From the NCBI GenBank assembly GCA_034520945.1, contig JAXHNB010000006.1, forward strand, positions 608,001-672,000: 64,000 nucleotides of DNA. Reading direction: 5' to 3'. The position numbers and the translations under genes are program-made. Every line of letters starts with the position of its first letter. The first letter of the stretch is position 1. Below, one piece after another: positions 29,762-39,698 of this stretch. Origin of the DNA: Trueperaceae bacterium (GTDB lineage: Bacteria; Deinococcota; Deinococci; Deinococcales; Trueperaceae). The notes under the pieces are model-generated. The model saw only the letters and a list, made by a program, of their open reading frames with translations, had not been told where the DNA came from and made no database searches.

Positions 29762-30991
29762 ATGCCCGTCTTCGAGTACAAGGCCCGCGACCGCAGCGGC
29801 AAGGTCGTCGCGGCGACCATGGAGGCCACCACCCAGCGGGAGGTCGCCACCGCCCTGCGGGACAAAGGCTACTTCGTCAGCGAGATCAAGTCGCCGAAGC
29901 GGGGACTGAACACCGACATCAAGCTGCCGGCCTGGCTGGACATCGGCAGCCGCCCCAACACCCGGGACGTCACCATCTTCAGTCGGCAGTTCGCCACCGT
30001 GATCAACGCGGGCCTGCCGGTGGTGCAGTCGCTGGCGATCCTGCAGCGCCAGACCGACAAGCAGGGGTTCAAGAACGCCTTGCGGCGCATCCGGGAGGAC
30101 GTCGAGACGGGCATTCCGCTCTCGGACGCCATGGCCAAGTTTCCCGGCATCTTCAACAAGCTCTACATCTACCTCGTCAAGGCCGGCGAGGTGTCCGGCA
30201 ACCTCGACGGCATCCTCGAGCGCGTCGCGGCCTACCTCGAGAAGCAGGCCGAGCTGCGCGGCAAGATCCGTACCGCCCTGACCTACCCGACCGTGGTGCT
30301 GGTGATCGCGCTGGCGGTGACGTTCTTCCTGCTGACCGGCATCGTGCCGCAGTTCGCCAACATCCTCAATCAGCTGGGCGGCGAGCTGCCGATCATCACC
30401 AAGGTATTGATCGGCATCAGCGATTTCCTGATCAACTTCTGGTGGTTGTTGATCCTGATCATCGTGGGGGCGGTGGTCGGCCTGGGGCTCTACTACCGAA
30501 CGCCGAACGGACGCCGCGTGATGGACCGGATCGCGCTGCGCCTGCCGGTGTTCGGCGTGCTGATCCAGAAGACCTCCATCGCCAACTTCTCGAACACCTT
30601 CGGCTTGCTGCTGCACTCGGGCGTGAACATCATCGAGGCGCTGGAGATCACGAAGGGATCCGCCGGAAACGCCGTGGTGGAGGACATCCTCGACGAGACG
30701 AAGGAGTCCGTCCAGCGCGGCGAGCAGATCAGCGCCACCCTGATGAAGTACCCGCGGGTGTTCCCGCCGCTGGTGTCGTCCATGACCGCGATCGGCGAGG
30801 AGACCGGCGCGGTGGACCACATGATGCACAAGATCGCGGCGTTCTACGAGCGCGAGGTCGACGAGGCCGTCGCCAGCCTCACCGCCGCCCTGGAACCGGC
30901 CCTGATCGTGTTCCTCGGCGTCGTCGTCGGCTTCATCGTGGCCGGCATGTTCCTGCCGATGTTCTCGATCATCGGGCAGTTGTCGGGTTGA
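29762..30991 (+). CDS. pilC: Type IV pilus platform protein PilC (T2SS F family)
   Basis: FSRQFATVINAGLP, AGEVSGNLD, ALTYP, IGEETG, EPALIV; AGGAGG RBS. Confidence 0.94.
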   Translation: MPVFEYKARDRSGKVVAATMEATTQREVATALRDKGYFVSEIKSPKRGLNTDIKLPAWLDIGSRPNTRDVTIFSRQFATVINAGLPVVQSLAILQRQTDKQGFKNALRRIREDVETGIPLSDAMAKFPGIFNKLYIYLVKAGEVSGNLDGILERVAAYLEKQAELRGKIRTALTYPTVVLVIALAVTFFLLTGIVPQFANILNQLGGELPIITKVLIGISDFLINFWWLLILIIVGAVVGLGLYYRTPNGRRVMDRIALRLPVFGVLIQKTSIANFSNTFGLLLHSGVNIIEALEITKGSAGNAVVEDILDETKESVQRGEQISATLMKYPRVFPPLVSSMTAIGEETGAVDHMMHKIAAFYEREVDEAVASLTAALEPALIVFLGVVVGFIVAGMFLPMFSIIGQLSG

Positions 30992-31518
30992 GGTGTAGAG
31001 GGTCATGAATTCTGGCGGAAATCGGGCACGGGTCACGAAGTGTGACGTGCGCCCGATTTCTTGCATACTGACCCTGGATGCCATGGAAAGGTCATGCACC
31101 AAAGTCATGAGCCGAGTGGGAATCGGCCGTTCAGGGCGACGTTTCTGAGAATCCTCGTTCCGAGCGATCCATGCAGCGGCGTGCGGTCTCTTGTGCTCGA
31201 TGGCTGGCAGTGTGGCCGTCCTCGGGACCGCTGTCCGTTGAAGCGCGATTGGCAGTGACGCTGTCAGGGACGTAATCCGCCAACTTCCTGTACCCGGCTA
31301 TGCATCGGCCGTAGTAGAGTGTCACACGACTCTGTGACGTAGTGCGCCATTTGCGTGTACATTGGTCGGGTTTCAGGGTTCCACATGGCACATGCGAGGT
31401 GTGAAAACAAGTGTTTCCGGCTGTATATCGTGCGAAGTGTCCATCCGCCATTTTCGTCCTCGGTATGCGTTGTTCGGACGGTGCAATACATCGGGCCGGA
31501 GGCTGCATAGGCGGAGGC

Positions 31519-31620
31519 ATGCAGACCTCGGGGTTCGGGTGCCGCGGCGGTGCTGGCCGACCCCATTCGGATGAAGATCGTCGCGTTCCTGCTTGATCCC
31601 GTCGCGAGCTGCTGCAGCCG
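31519..31620 (+). pseudogene. arsR: ArsR-family regulator remnant
   Basis: VLADPIRMKIVAFLLDPVASCCS fragment; not in frame with upstream RBS/ATG; truncated. Confidence 0.55.
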
Positions 31621-31649
31621 GTGGTGGCCCCTCCCGGCTGTGGCGCCGC

Positions 31650-31822
31650 ATGTCGTTCCCCGACCGCTGGCTGACCGCCTGGATCTTCGCGGCGATGGCG
31701 ATCGGCGTGGCCGATCGGCTGGGCGGCGCCCGGCATCGGGGGGTTCCTCGACCGCCTCGCGGTCGGCGCGACGAACCTGCCGATCGCGATCGGCCTGATC
31801 GTGATGATGTACCCGCCGCTCG
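31650..31822 (+). pseudogene. acr3: Acr3 arsenite efflux pump 5' remnant
   Basis: [20 protein letters not shown] then, after a frameshift, [26 protein letters not shown]. Confidence 0.8.
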
Positions 31823-31959
31823 AGCGTCCGCCCGGTGACGAGCATCAGGACGAGCCCCGCTCGCCTGGTGTTGCGCAGGGCCTCCCAGGTCGCGGGCTCG
31901 ACCTCCCCGTCCCGCGCCAGGGTGCCATCCAGGTCGCACGCCAGGCTCTTGCGATACAC
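31819..31959 (-). pseudogene. HAD/Cof-family hydrolase 5' remnant
   Basis: [13 protein letters not shown]...[12 protein letters not shown], then homology is lost at the acr3 junction. Confidence 0.7.
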
Positions 31960-32180
31960 GGTCGCCTCACGAGGGCTTGTGGAGTCACCTCGGAGGACGG
32001 CGCCGATACCGGAGGGGGCGCGGCCGCTCCACCGGCAACCCCGTCGGATCCCGCACGCGACGGCTCGATGACCCACCGGCCGTAACCGCAGGCGCCCCAC
32101 CCTCTTCGCCGGGTGGGGCGCCGACTTCCTGCTTCTACTGATCCACCTCCATCCTTCCTCTGCGACGCAGTCGCCGGAGG

Positions 32181-33239
32181 CTACCGGGAGATGGCCACCT
32201 TCATGGACTTCGTCTCGGCGGCTCGACCGAAGACGTCGTACGCCTCCATCATGTCGTCCAGCTTGAACCGATGGGTCACGAACTGCTCCGGCTCGATCTT
32301 GCCCTGGCTGACCAACTTGAGGAGCATGGGCGTCGTGGTCGCGCTGACCAGGCCCGTGGTGATGCTGATGTCCTTGATCCAGAGGTCCTGCAGCTTGAGC
32401 TCGACCGACGCGCCGTGCACCCCCACGTTCGCCACCGAGGCGCCCGGCCGGATCAGCGATGTGCACATGTCGAAGGTCTTGGGGATGCCCACGGCTTCGA
32501 CCGCCACATCGACGCCCAGCCCGCCTTCGGTCATCGCCATGACCCGATCGCGCCAGTCGTCCTCTCCGCTGTTGACGGTGTCGGTAGCTCCGAACTTCCG
32601 CGCCATTTCGAGACGGTTGTCGTCCAGGTCGATGGCGACGACCCTGGAGGCCCCTTGGAGCCCGGCCGTCATGATCACGGAGAGCCCGACCGGTCCCGCG
32701 CCGACGACGGCCACCACGTCGCCCGGCTCCACGTCGCCGTTGCGGATGCCGATCTCGAAGCCGGTCGGCAGGATGTCGGAGAGCATGATGGCGGCTTCGT
32801 CGCTTACGTCGGCCGGCAGCTTGTGCAGCGAGTTGTCGGCGAACGGGATCCGGACGTACTCCGCCTGGGTCCCGTCAATGAGGTGGCCGAGGATCCACCC
32901 GATGCCTGAGGCACCTTCCTCGTCCAGGCAGTGGGAGGGGAGCTGTTGATGGCAGTAGGCGCACGATCCGCACGCGGTGATGCACGAGATGATTACGCGG
33001 TCGCCGACCGCCAGGCCCTTCACCGCCGATCCCACCTCGGTGATCGTGCCCACGCCTTCGTGGCCGAGAACCCGACCGTCCGTGACCGCCGGCACGTCTC
33101 CCTTCAGGATGTGGAGGTCCGTACCGCAGATGGTGGTGGTGTCGATCTGGACGATGGCGTCGGTGGGCTTCCGCAGCTCCGGGTCCGGCACATCTTCCCA
33201 TGACTTCTGGCCAGGCCCGTGATAGACAAGCGCTTTCAT
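32181..33239 (-). CDS. Zinc-dependent alcohol dehydrogenase family protein
   Basis: ICGTDLH, GHEG, C-x2-C-x2-C-x7-C, DILPTG, GAGPVG. Confidence 0.95.
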   Translation of the reverse strand: MKALVYHGPGQKSWEDVPDPELRKPTDAIVQIDTTTICGTDLHILKGDVPAVTDGRVLGHEGVGTITEVGSAVKGLAVGDRVIISCITACGSCAYCHQQLPSHCLDEEGASGIGWILGHLIDGTQAEYVRIPFADNSLHKLPADVSDEAAIMLSDILPTGFEIGIRNGDVEPGDVVAVVGAGPVGLSVIMTAGLQGASRVVAIDLDDNRLEMARKFGATDTVNSGEDDWRDRVMAMTEGGLGVDVAVEAVGIPKTFDMCTSLIRPGASVANVGVHGASVELKLQDLWIKDISITTGLVSATTTPMLLKLVSQGKIEPEQFVTHRFKLDDMMEAYDVFGRAAETKSMKVAISR

Positions 33240-33449
33240 GAAGATCCTCTCTGTGCAGGGCTCATCGGAGGTGGGGCGCTGCCACCGGACTCGCCTCGGG
33301 AGCGCGGCCCTGACAGAGCGCCTCGCGAGGAACGCTTCTTCTTCCCCAGCATCAGAATGCCGCGCGGTCGCAAGTTGTGTCAAGTAGTGCGCATTGACTC
33401 AAATAGAATCGTACCGAAGGGGTCTTGGATGACTCATAAGTAATTCCGA

Positions 33450-33597
33450 CCGTGGAGCTTCGACGTGGTGCTCACCGTCTGCGACGACGCGAACGCGGCC
33501 TGTCCCGCCTACTCGGCCTAGACCGCGCGGCTGCACGCGTCGTTCCCCGACCCAAGCGGGAGGGTCTCGCCACCTGGTGCGAGGCGCGCGACGCTCA
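33450..33597 (+). pseudogene. arsC: ArsC (LMWP arsenate reductase) 3' remnant
   Basis: FDVVLTVCDDANAACPAYSA*TARLHASFPDPSG; internal TAG at 33519; 5' half absent. Confidence 0.75.
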
Positions 33598-34038
33598 CTG
33601 CGAGCCGGGCCGCCCGATCCCCAGCTTCCGGTGCAACGCCAACATGCAGGCGTCCTGAACCACGTCGATCCCGGCCTCGGCCAGCTCGCGAGCCACCTCG
33701 TCGTGTCGAATGCCCTGCTGCAGCCACACCACCTTCGGGCGTGGTCGCATGGCCAGGATCTCGCTCAGGTGCGCGGGCAGGTGCTCGGCGCGCCGGAACA
33801 CGTCGACGACGTCGATCTGCTCGTCGAGGTCGGTGAGCGCGGCGCGCGGCGTCTCGCCGAACAGCACGCGGTCGGTGTAGACGGGATTGATCGGCAGGAT
33901 CCGGTAGCCGTGCTCGTGCAGGTACAGAGGCACGTAGTGGGCCGCCTTGCGGGGCTCGGGATGGGCGCCCAGCACGGCCACCGTGCGGGCGGTCTGGAGC
34001 ACGTTCCGGAGCGCTTCGTCGCTGGTGAGTACGGGCAT
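33595..34038 (-). CDS. CoA-binding protein (YccU-like)
   Basis: TVAVLGA, GYRILPINP, DVVDVFR, VVWLQQGI, VVQDAC. Confidence 0.92.
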   Translation of the reverse strand: MPVLTSDEALRNVLQTARTVAVLGAHPEPRKAAHYVPLYLHEHGYRILPINPVYTDRVLFGETPRAALTDLDEQIDVVDVFRRAEHLPAHLSEILAMRPRPKVVWLQQGIRHDEVARELAEAGIDVVQDACMLALHRKLGIGRPGSQ

Positions 34039-34064
34039 CGCGATACCTTCCTATCGCCGAAGGA

Positions 34065-34460
34065 TGTCAATTCTCATCAGCATGACTCACCTTTTCTCGC
34101 GAGCTTGACGCACCCCTTGGGTGATGGGGTTTTCCCATTTGCTTGACGCATGACGTAGGGGTGATGCGGTTTTCTCGTGAGCTTGGCTTCAGGTGCTTGC
34201 ATCTTCTGTCATCGTGCCTTCAGTTCCTGTCTGGAGGTGCCTGGTGGCGTATCGAGAGGTGAGCATGTGGGACGTGAAAACGGTGTTGGAGCGGTTGGGG
34301 CGCGGCGAGTCGCGCAGCGCGATTCAGCGTGCGACCGGCCATTCGCGGAGAACGGTCGCGCGGATCGAGGAGCGCGCCCGGGCGGAGGGATGGACGCCGT
34401 CGCCGGATTCGCCCGTGGAGGAGGGGTTGGCGGGCCGTGAGCTCACGAGGCGCATCTCTC
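34065..34460 (+). mobile_element. IS21-family left-end remnant with truncated istA
   Basis: TGTCAA terminus; four ~21-bp imperfect direct repeats; IstA-like N-terminus VAYREVSMWDVKTVLERLGRGESRSAIQRATGHSRRTV, then truncated. Confidence 0.75.
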
Positions 34461-34461
34461 T

Positions 34462-34752
34462 CTACATGTGCCTGTGGGGGTCCATCCGGTCATGAAGGAC
34501 GCGGACGATCTGAACTGCAGAGGGTGTGATCCGGTAGTAGATCGCATGGCGGTCGACGAAAAAAACGCGATACCCGTCGCGCACGCCGTCCCGTCTCACG
34601 CCCATCTCGGGCTGGAGCACGAGCTGCTGGATGGCAAGCCCGATCACATCGAGGTACGCATCCGCCTGGTCTTCGTTCCACCGCTCGGCGGTGTAGTGCC
34701 AGATGTCGATGAGATCCCGTTCGGCACGTCTCCGCAGGCGTGCGGTTCGCAT
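34462..34752 (-). CDS. parE: ParE/RelE-family toxin
   Basis: AERDLIDIWHYTAERW..QADAY, HAIYYR, IVRVLHDRMD. Confidence 0.9.
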   Translation of the reverse strand: MRTARLRRRAERDLIDIWHYTAERWNEDQADAYLDVIGLAIQQLVLQPEMGVRRDGVRDGYRVFFVDRHAIYYRITPSAVQIVRVLHDRMDPHRHM

Positions 34753-35003
34753 CAGGTGCTCGGTGTGGCTCTCGACCGTGCCTTCTTCTTGATGGATTCC
34801 ATGTTCACCTCACCGACGTCGCCGCTCTGCTCACCCTCGATGAGGGCCTGCCGTAGCGCTTCGACCCTGTTCTCGTGTTCCTCGAGCAGGCGGAGGCTGG
34901 CACGGACGACCTCACTGGCCGATCCGTACCGGCCGCGCTCGACCTGCCGGCCGATGAACTCGTCGAAGTGGTCTCCCAAGGTGACACTGGTGTTTTTCGC
35001 CAT
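34752..35003 (-). CDS. parD: ParD-family antitoxin
   Basis: [14 protein letters not shown]...[27 protein letters not shown]. Confidence 0.9.
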   Translation of the reverse strand: MAKNTSVTLGDHFDEFIGRQVERGRYGSASEVVRASLRLLEEHENRVEALRQALIEGEQSGDVGEVNMESIKKKARSRATPST

Positions 35004-35559
35004 TCGCGAACCCCCTACGTGTACCAGCATATACCACGATTCGGTAGCGTAGCCCGATCGAGGGTCAAGCTCAAATCCGGTATCACCGCCGGTCGTAGCG
35101 TGGACGGAACCGCGGGTCGGCAGGCCATTGCAAGAGGACGAACACCCGTCGAACGCGCATCGGGCCTGATGCGTTGGTGCGCGTCAGTCTGGGCTGTGGG
35201 GGGAAAGGCCCGCTTCGTGGCGGGCGCCAGTCGGGGTTTTCGAGCGCAGTACGACCTTCGGTCCGCGCTGGTGCGTCGATAGGTACGACGCGTCGGGCTG
35301 CTCTTGCTCGCGTGGCAGGTGCGCCCGCCTCGCAGGGGGTGCCACAAGAGCTCGTCGCCTCACTCGCCAAGGGCGTGCACGCTCCTCCGTCGAACAACGC
35401 CGCCTGCGGTTCCGCCCCAAGTTGGCCTCGCGCTCGGAAGATCGCCGCCTTGCTCGGAAGCTGGTACGACGCCCGTCACGAAGACGCCGGCGACGGTTCC
35501 TTGAGTGACGGCTTTCCGACTCCGCAGCCTGACGACTCGCGTTCGCGGTCTCGCCTCGA

Positions 35560-36363
35560 TCACGGCACCAACAGCTCGAGCCCACCTCCGTCGATGGAAA
35601 ACCGCCACGCCACGCCCGGCCCGGTGGGGGCGTCCACGTCGCCCGCCTCGCCGGGCCGGTCGGTGACGAACCGCAGCGCCGTCCCGTCCTGGCGCCACAC
35701 CAGCGCGCGCACGTGCGGCAGGTACGGCCGGCCGCCGGGCTGCGCCACGTCGCCGCGGGCGCGACGCCAGGCCTGCAGCAGGTTCTCGCCGTCCAGGTGC
35801 GCCACCGTCCGGCCGGTCTCCGTGTCGTCGATGGCGAGCATCTCGCCCGAAGCGCGGGCCGTCCCCAGGGCGTACGCCAGGTAGCGGCCGGACGGGGACC
35901 AGGTCGGGTCTTCGAGGTCGCCGAACTTGGCGTCGTGGACCATGGTCACGGCCCCCGAGGCGGGGTCCAGCGTCCCGACCAGCGACACGGTGGTGAGCAC
36001 GGCGTAGCTGGTGACCGAGAACGCGACCCGCGCGCCGCCCGGGTGAACGGCGACCGCCCCGAAGCGGTCGAAGTCGGCGGCCTTCAGCGTTCGGCCCGCC
36101 AGCTCGGGCGCTTCGTCCAAGATCTCGTCGAACCGGGGGGCGGCCCACGTCCGCCAGTCGGCGACGGTCCAGCGAACCGTGTCCGCGTCGGGACCCGTCG
36201 TCACCAGGGTGCGTCCCTCGTCCGCCAAGCGGGCGGTCTCGATCCGGGGCGAGGCGTTCCCACCGGCGGCCGAGGCGACGGCGGACAGGAAGGCGAGCGC
36301 CGCGATCGCGAGCGTCAGGCGGATCGTGGTGCGACGGACGCCAAACCTAAGGGAGCGATGCAT
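35560..36363 (-). CDS. Secreted protein with PD40/TolB-like repeats
   Basis: Signal peptide; VHPGGARVAF and PTWSPSGRYLAY repeats. Confidence 0.7.
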   Translation of the reverse strand: MHRSLRFGVRRTTIRLTLAIAALAFLSAVASAAGGNASPRIETARLADEGRTLVTTGPDADTVRWTVADWRTWAAPRFDEILDEAPELAGRTLKAADFDRFGAVAVHPGGARVAFSVTSYAVLTTVSLVGTLDPASGAVTMVHDAKFGDLEDPTWSPSGRYLAYALGTARASGEMLAIDDTETGRTVAHLDGENLLQAWRRARGDVAQPGGRPYLPHVRALVWRQDGTALRFVTDRPGEAGDVDAPTGPGVAWRFSIDGGGLELLVP

Positions 36364-36597
36364 GGGCTCATCATGACCCAGCAGGCGTGGCGAGGTTCCG
36401 TGCGGGCGTCAGGGCGGGGCTTGCGTGCAGGGCGGCGGTGCTCGTACCATCGAAACGTGGCGGCGCCGTGCCGAAACTCGGCGTCGAATCGCGTCCGCGG
36501 CGCGAAGCCGAGGGTTCACGGTCGACCGCCCCGAGGTGCCGGGAACGACCCCGCGGGCCGGTTCGGGCCCATGAAGCAGGACCGAAAGGTAGGGAAT

Positions 36598-36840
36598 ATG
36601 AACATTCTGTTGTGGATCGTGTTCGGAGCCGTGGCAGGTTGGTTGGCGAGCCTCGTGATGAAGAGCAGCCAGGGGCTCCTGATGGACATCGTGGTCGGGA
36701 TCGTCGGGGCGATGCTCGGCGGGTGGTTGTTCGGCCAATTCGGCGCTGCCGGCGTGACGGGTTTCAACCTGCCAAGCCTGCTGGTCGCGGTCGTCGGCGC
36801 GATCGTCCTGTTGGCGTTATTGCGCCTGGTTCGTCGCTGA
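36598..36840 (+). CDS. GlsB/YeaQ/YmgE stress-response membrane protein
   Basis: ILLWIVFGAVAGWLAS...DIVVGIVGA...VAVVGAIVLL. Confidence 0.92.
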   Translation: MNILLWIVFGAVAGWLASLVMKSSQGLLMDIVVGIVGAMLGGWLFGQFGAAGVTGFNLPSLLVAVVGAIVLLALLRLVRR

Positions 36841-36850
36841 CGCACGTGGC

Positions 36851-38425
36851 CTAGTTCGGTCGTCGGTTTTGATTCGCGTCTGGCCCTCGGTCGCCCCCGT
36901 TTTCGGGCGGCCGAGGGCCAGACGTTTCGGTCGGCCGTCCCCGGGTCTCCTCGGGACGCAAATCGGGCATGGCCAAGCAGATCGCCAGGGTGATCACAGC
37001 GAACACCAGCATCACCAGGAAGGCGCGGTCCAGGCCCTGCGCCAGGCCGGTCGAGACGCGTTCCAACAGGGCGGGATCGGCCGCGGCCCGCTCGGTGAGC
37101 AGGCGGGTGACGTCGTCCAGCGACACCTGACCCGCCAGGCCTTCGCGGCGTAGGAACGACGTGAGCGAGGCGTTGACCACGCCCCCCAGCAGGGCGGCGC
37201 CGAGGGCGTTGCCGAGGATCCGCATCAGGGCGTTGGTGGCGGTGGCGGCACCGCGGCGGTGCCACGACACGCGCGTCTGCACCGACACCAGGAAGGTCGT
37301 GATCAACAGGCCCATGCCGACGCCAATGATTGCGGAGGCGGCGGCCGCGAACCACGCCTCGCGTACACGGTCCAGAAGCGCGAATCCGGTCGCGCCCAAC
37401 ACCAAGGCGATGCCGCCCGCCCGCACCGTGGTGCGCACGCCGACGCGGACCATCAGCCGACCGGCCACCACGGCGGCCAGCGGCCAGCCCATCGACATGG
37501 TGGTCAGCGTGAAGCCCGCGACCAGGGCGGAGGTGCCCAGCACGCCCTGCGCGTAGGTGGGGAGATAGCTGATCACGGCGATCATCACGATGCCGGCCCC
37601 CAGCGTCCCGAGGTTGGCGGTCGTCACCAGACGGTCGCGCCACAGGTCGGGTGGCATCATCGCGTCGGGCGCGCGGGTCTCGTGCCACGCGAAGAACGAC
37701 AGCGACGTGGTACTGAGCGCCAGCAGCGCCAGGCTGAGCCAGGCGGGAAAGGTGCCGAACTGCGTCAGCACCGTGATCAGGGCGGCGATGCCGACGAAGA
37801 AGGTGACGGCGCCGGCGTGGTCGATGCGGCGTTCGGTGCGGCGCACGTCCTCGTGCAGGTAGGTCGCCACCAGGCCGAGGGCGAGGAGGCCGAAGGGGAC
37901 GTTGGCCCAGAAGATCCACGCCCAGTGCGCGTGTTCGACGATCAGCCCGCCGGCCAACGGCCCCAGGATGGCGGAGAAGCCCCACACGCTGGCGAGCCAG
38001 CCCTGAACCCGGGCGCGTTCCCGGAACGCGAACAGGTCGCCCGCCAGCGTGTTGGTGACGGGTTGCACCGCGCCGGCGCCCGCGCCCTGCACGAAGCGGA
38101 AGGCGATCAGCCACGGCATCGAGGTCGCGAAGCCGCACGCGACCGAGCCGGCCAGGAATACGGCGACGCCGAGGGTGAACACCGACTTGCGTCCGAACAG
38201 GTCGGCCAGCTTGCCGAACATGGGCGTGGTGGCGGCCTGCATCAGCAGGTAGGAGGCGAACACCCAGCCGTACAGCGCGAAGCCGCCCAGCGAACCGGCG
38301 ATGCTGGGCATGGCGGTCGCCACGATGGTGCCCTCGATGGCCGCCATGAACATGGCCAGCACCAAAGCGGCCAGGACGGGGCCGCGGCGCGTGCGTCGTG
38401 CGGGGGAGGGAGAGGGATCGGGCAC
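36851..38425 (-). CDS. DHA2-type MFS efflux transporter
   Basis: 14 TM pattern; TIVATAMPSI, GKLADLFGRK, RFVQGAGAG, WIFWANVP. Confidence 0.92.
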   Translation of the reverse strand: MPDPSPSPARRTRRGPVLAALVLAMFMAAIEGTIVATAMPSIAGSLGGFALYGWVFASYLLMQAATTPMFGKLADLFGRKSVFTLGVAVFLAGSVACGFATSMPWLIAFRFVQGAGAGAVQPVTNTLAGDLFAFRERARVQGWLASVWGFSAILGPLAGGLIVEHAHWAWIFWANVPFGLLALGLVATYLHEDVRRTERRIDHAGAVTFFVGIAALITVLTQFGTFPAWLSLALLALSTTSLSFFAWHETRAPDAMMPPDLWRDRLVTTANLGTLGAGIVMIAVISYLPTYAQGVLGTSALVAGFTLTTMSMGWPLAAVVAGRLMVRVGVRTTVRAGGIALVLGATGFALLDRVREAWFAAAASAIIGVGMGLLITTFLVSVQTRVSWHRRGAATATNALMRILGNALGAALLGGVVNASLTSFLRREGLAGQVSLDDVTRLLTERAAADPALLERVSTGLAQGLDRAFLVMLVFAVITLAICLAMPDLRPEETRGRPTETSGPRPPENGGDRGPDANQNRRPN

Positions 38426-38742
38426 GGGCTCCTCGTAGCCGTGGCTGCGCGGAACCGCGCGGCGCTGGCGACGGTCGAGGGTATCACCGGCCGGAGGTGC
38501 TTGCGGGAGCGGTCGGGCGTGCGCCAGCGCAGAGACCTCCGGGGCTCGAGCGAGGCGTGCCGTTTCGTTCGGCGTGCACCGCGCGGGTGAGCGCGGGCAC
38601 GCTGTTAGGAAACCTGATATGGGTATACTAAAGTCATGAGGCTGACGTCGACATACGAGTCGAAGATCGCCCGTGCGCGCGATGGCCGTGACCGAGGTCC
38701 ATCCGCCGTCGCCGCGCTTGGGCTCGGGATCAGGAGGCGTAC

Positions 38743-39189
38743 ATGACCGCTGGAGCCGACGTCGCGCGCTGCCCCAAGTGCGGTGCCAAGAACCGCCTGA
38801 CGAACGCGCCGAGCGGTCAGGTGCCGGCGTGCGGGCGCTGCGGCGCCTCGTTGCCGTGGTTGCAGACGGCCGGCGACGCCGATTTCGCGTCGCACCTGAA
38901 CGCGCCCGTTCCGGTCCTGGTCGACTTCTGGGCGGCGTGGTGCGGGCCGTGCCGCATGGTCGATCCCGTCGTGCGCACGCTGGCTGCGGAGCACGCCGGC
39001 CGCGTGAAGGTCCTCAAGCTCGACATCGACGAAAACCCCGGCACGGCGCGGAAGTACCGGGTGAAGAGCATCCCCACCCTGATCGTGTTCCAAGACGGTC
39101 AGCCGGTGGACACCATCGTCGGGGCCATGCCCAAGCGGGAGTTGGCGGCGCGGCTGTCGCCGCACCTTCTCGCGGCGCCGCGGGCGTGA
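38743..39189 (+). CDS. trxC: Thioredoxin 2 with N-terminal Zn finger
   Basis: CPKC...CGRC Zn motif; [14 protein letters not shown]. Confidence 0.92.
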   Translation: MTAGADVARCPKCGAKNRLTNAPSGQVPACGRCGASLPWLQTAGDADFASHLNAPVPVLVDFWAAWCGPCRMVDPVVRTLAAEHAGRVKVLKLDIDENPGTARKYRVKSIPTLIVFQDGQPVDTIVGAMPKRELAARLSPHLLAAPRA

Positions 39190-39334
39190 ACGTTGCGCCG
39201 CCCGCGGGCGGCGTGCTAGAGTTCCGCAGCTAGCGCACCCTCGGTCGCGGCCGTGGCTGCGACCGTGCCTGGCGCCCCCAAGTTCGTCGATTCCGCGTGG
39301 CCCGCGCCGCGAGAGGGACCCCCCGAGGAGAAAC

Positions 39335-39613
39335 ATGGCCCGTACCCCAGCTACCCTGAAGTACCGCCGTCAGTCCGAGAAGCGTCGGTTGCGCAACCGG
39401 TCGGCCAAGTCGATGATCCGCACCTTCAGCAAGAAGGCCATCTCGGCCGCCGACAAGGGCGACTACGACGCCGCCGAGAAGTACCAGCAGGTCGTGCAGA
39501 GCCTGGTCGACAAGGCCGCCAAGGGCTCCACGTTGCACAAGAACACCGCGGCCCGCAGGAAGGAGCGCCTGGCGGCGCGCCTCCGCAAGGCGCGCGAAGG
39601 CGCTCAGGCCTGA
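39335..39613 (+). CDS. rpsT: 30S ribosomal protein S20
   Basis: [31 protein letters not shown]. Confidence 0.96.
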   Translation: MARTPATLKYRRQSEKRRLRNRSAKSMIRTFSKKAISAADKGDYDAAEKYQQVVQSLVDKAAKGSTLHKNTAARRKERLAARLRKAREGAQA

Positions 39614-39698
39614 CCCTGCCGGCGCCCCGTCCCTCACGCTGCCATGTTCCGCCCCCGACGAGCCCGCCGGGGGCGGTGACGTCGGCGCCCGCCAGGCG

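Noticed and set aside
33374..33440. TTGTGTCAA-N10-TTGACTCAA inverted repeat upstream of adh as HspR/Rex/FNR site
   Set aside because: Orientation and spacing fit none of these consensus sites; it partly coincides with a TTGACA -35 on the minus strand
34069..34190. Short repeats that might be a mini-CRISPR
   Set aside because: Degenerate repeats with irregular 2-19 bp spacing and no cas genes; better explained as IS21 end repeats
35040..35555. Possible gene or ncRNA between parD and the PD40 protein
   Set aside because: No recognisable motif, RBS or convincing structure
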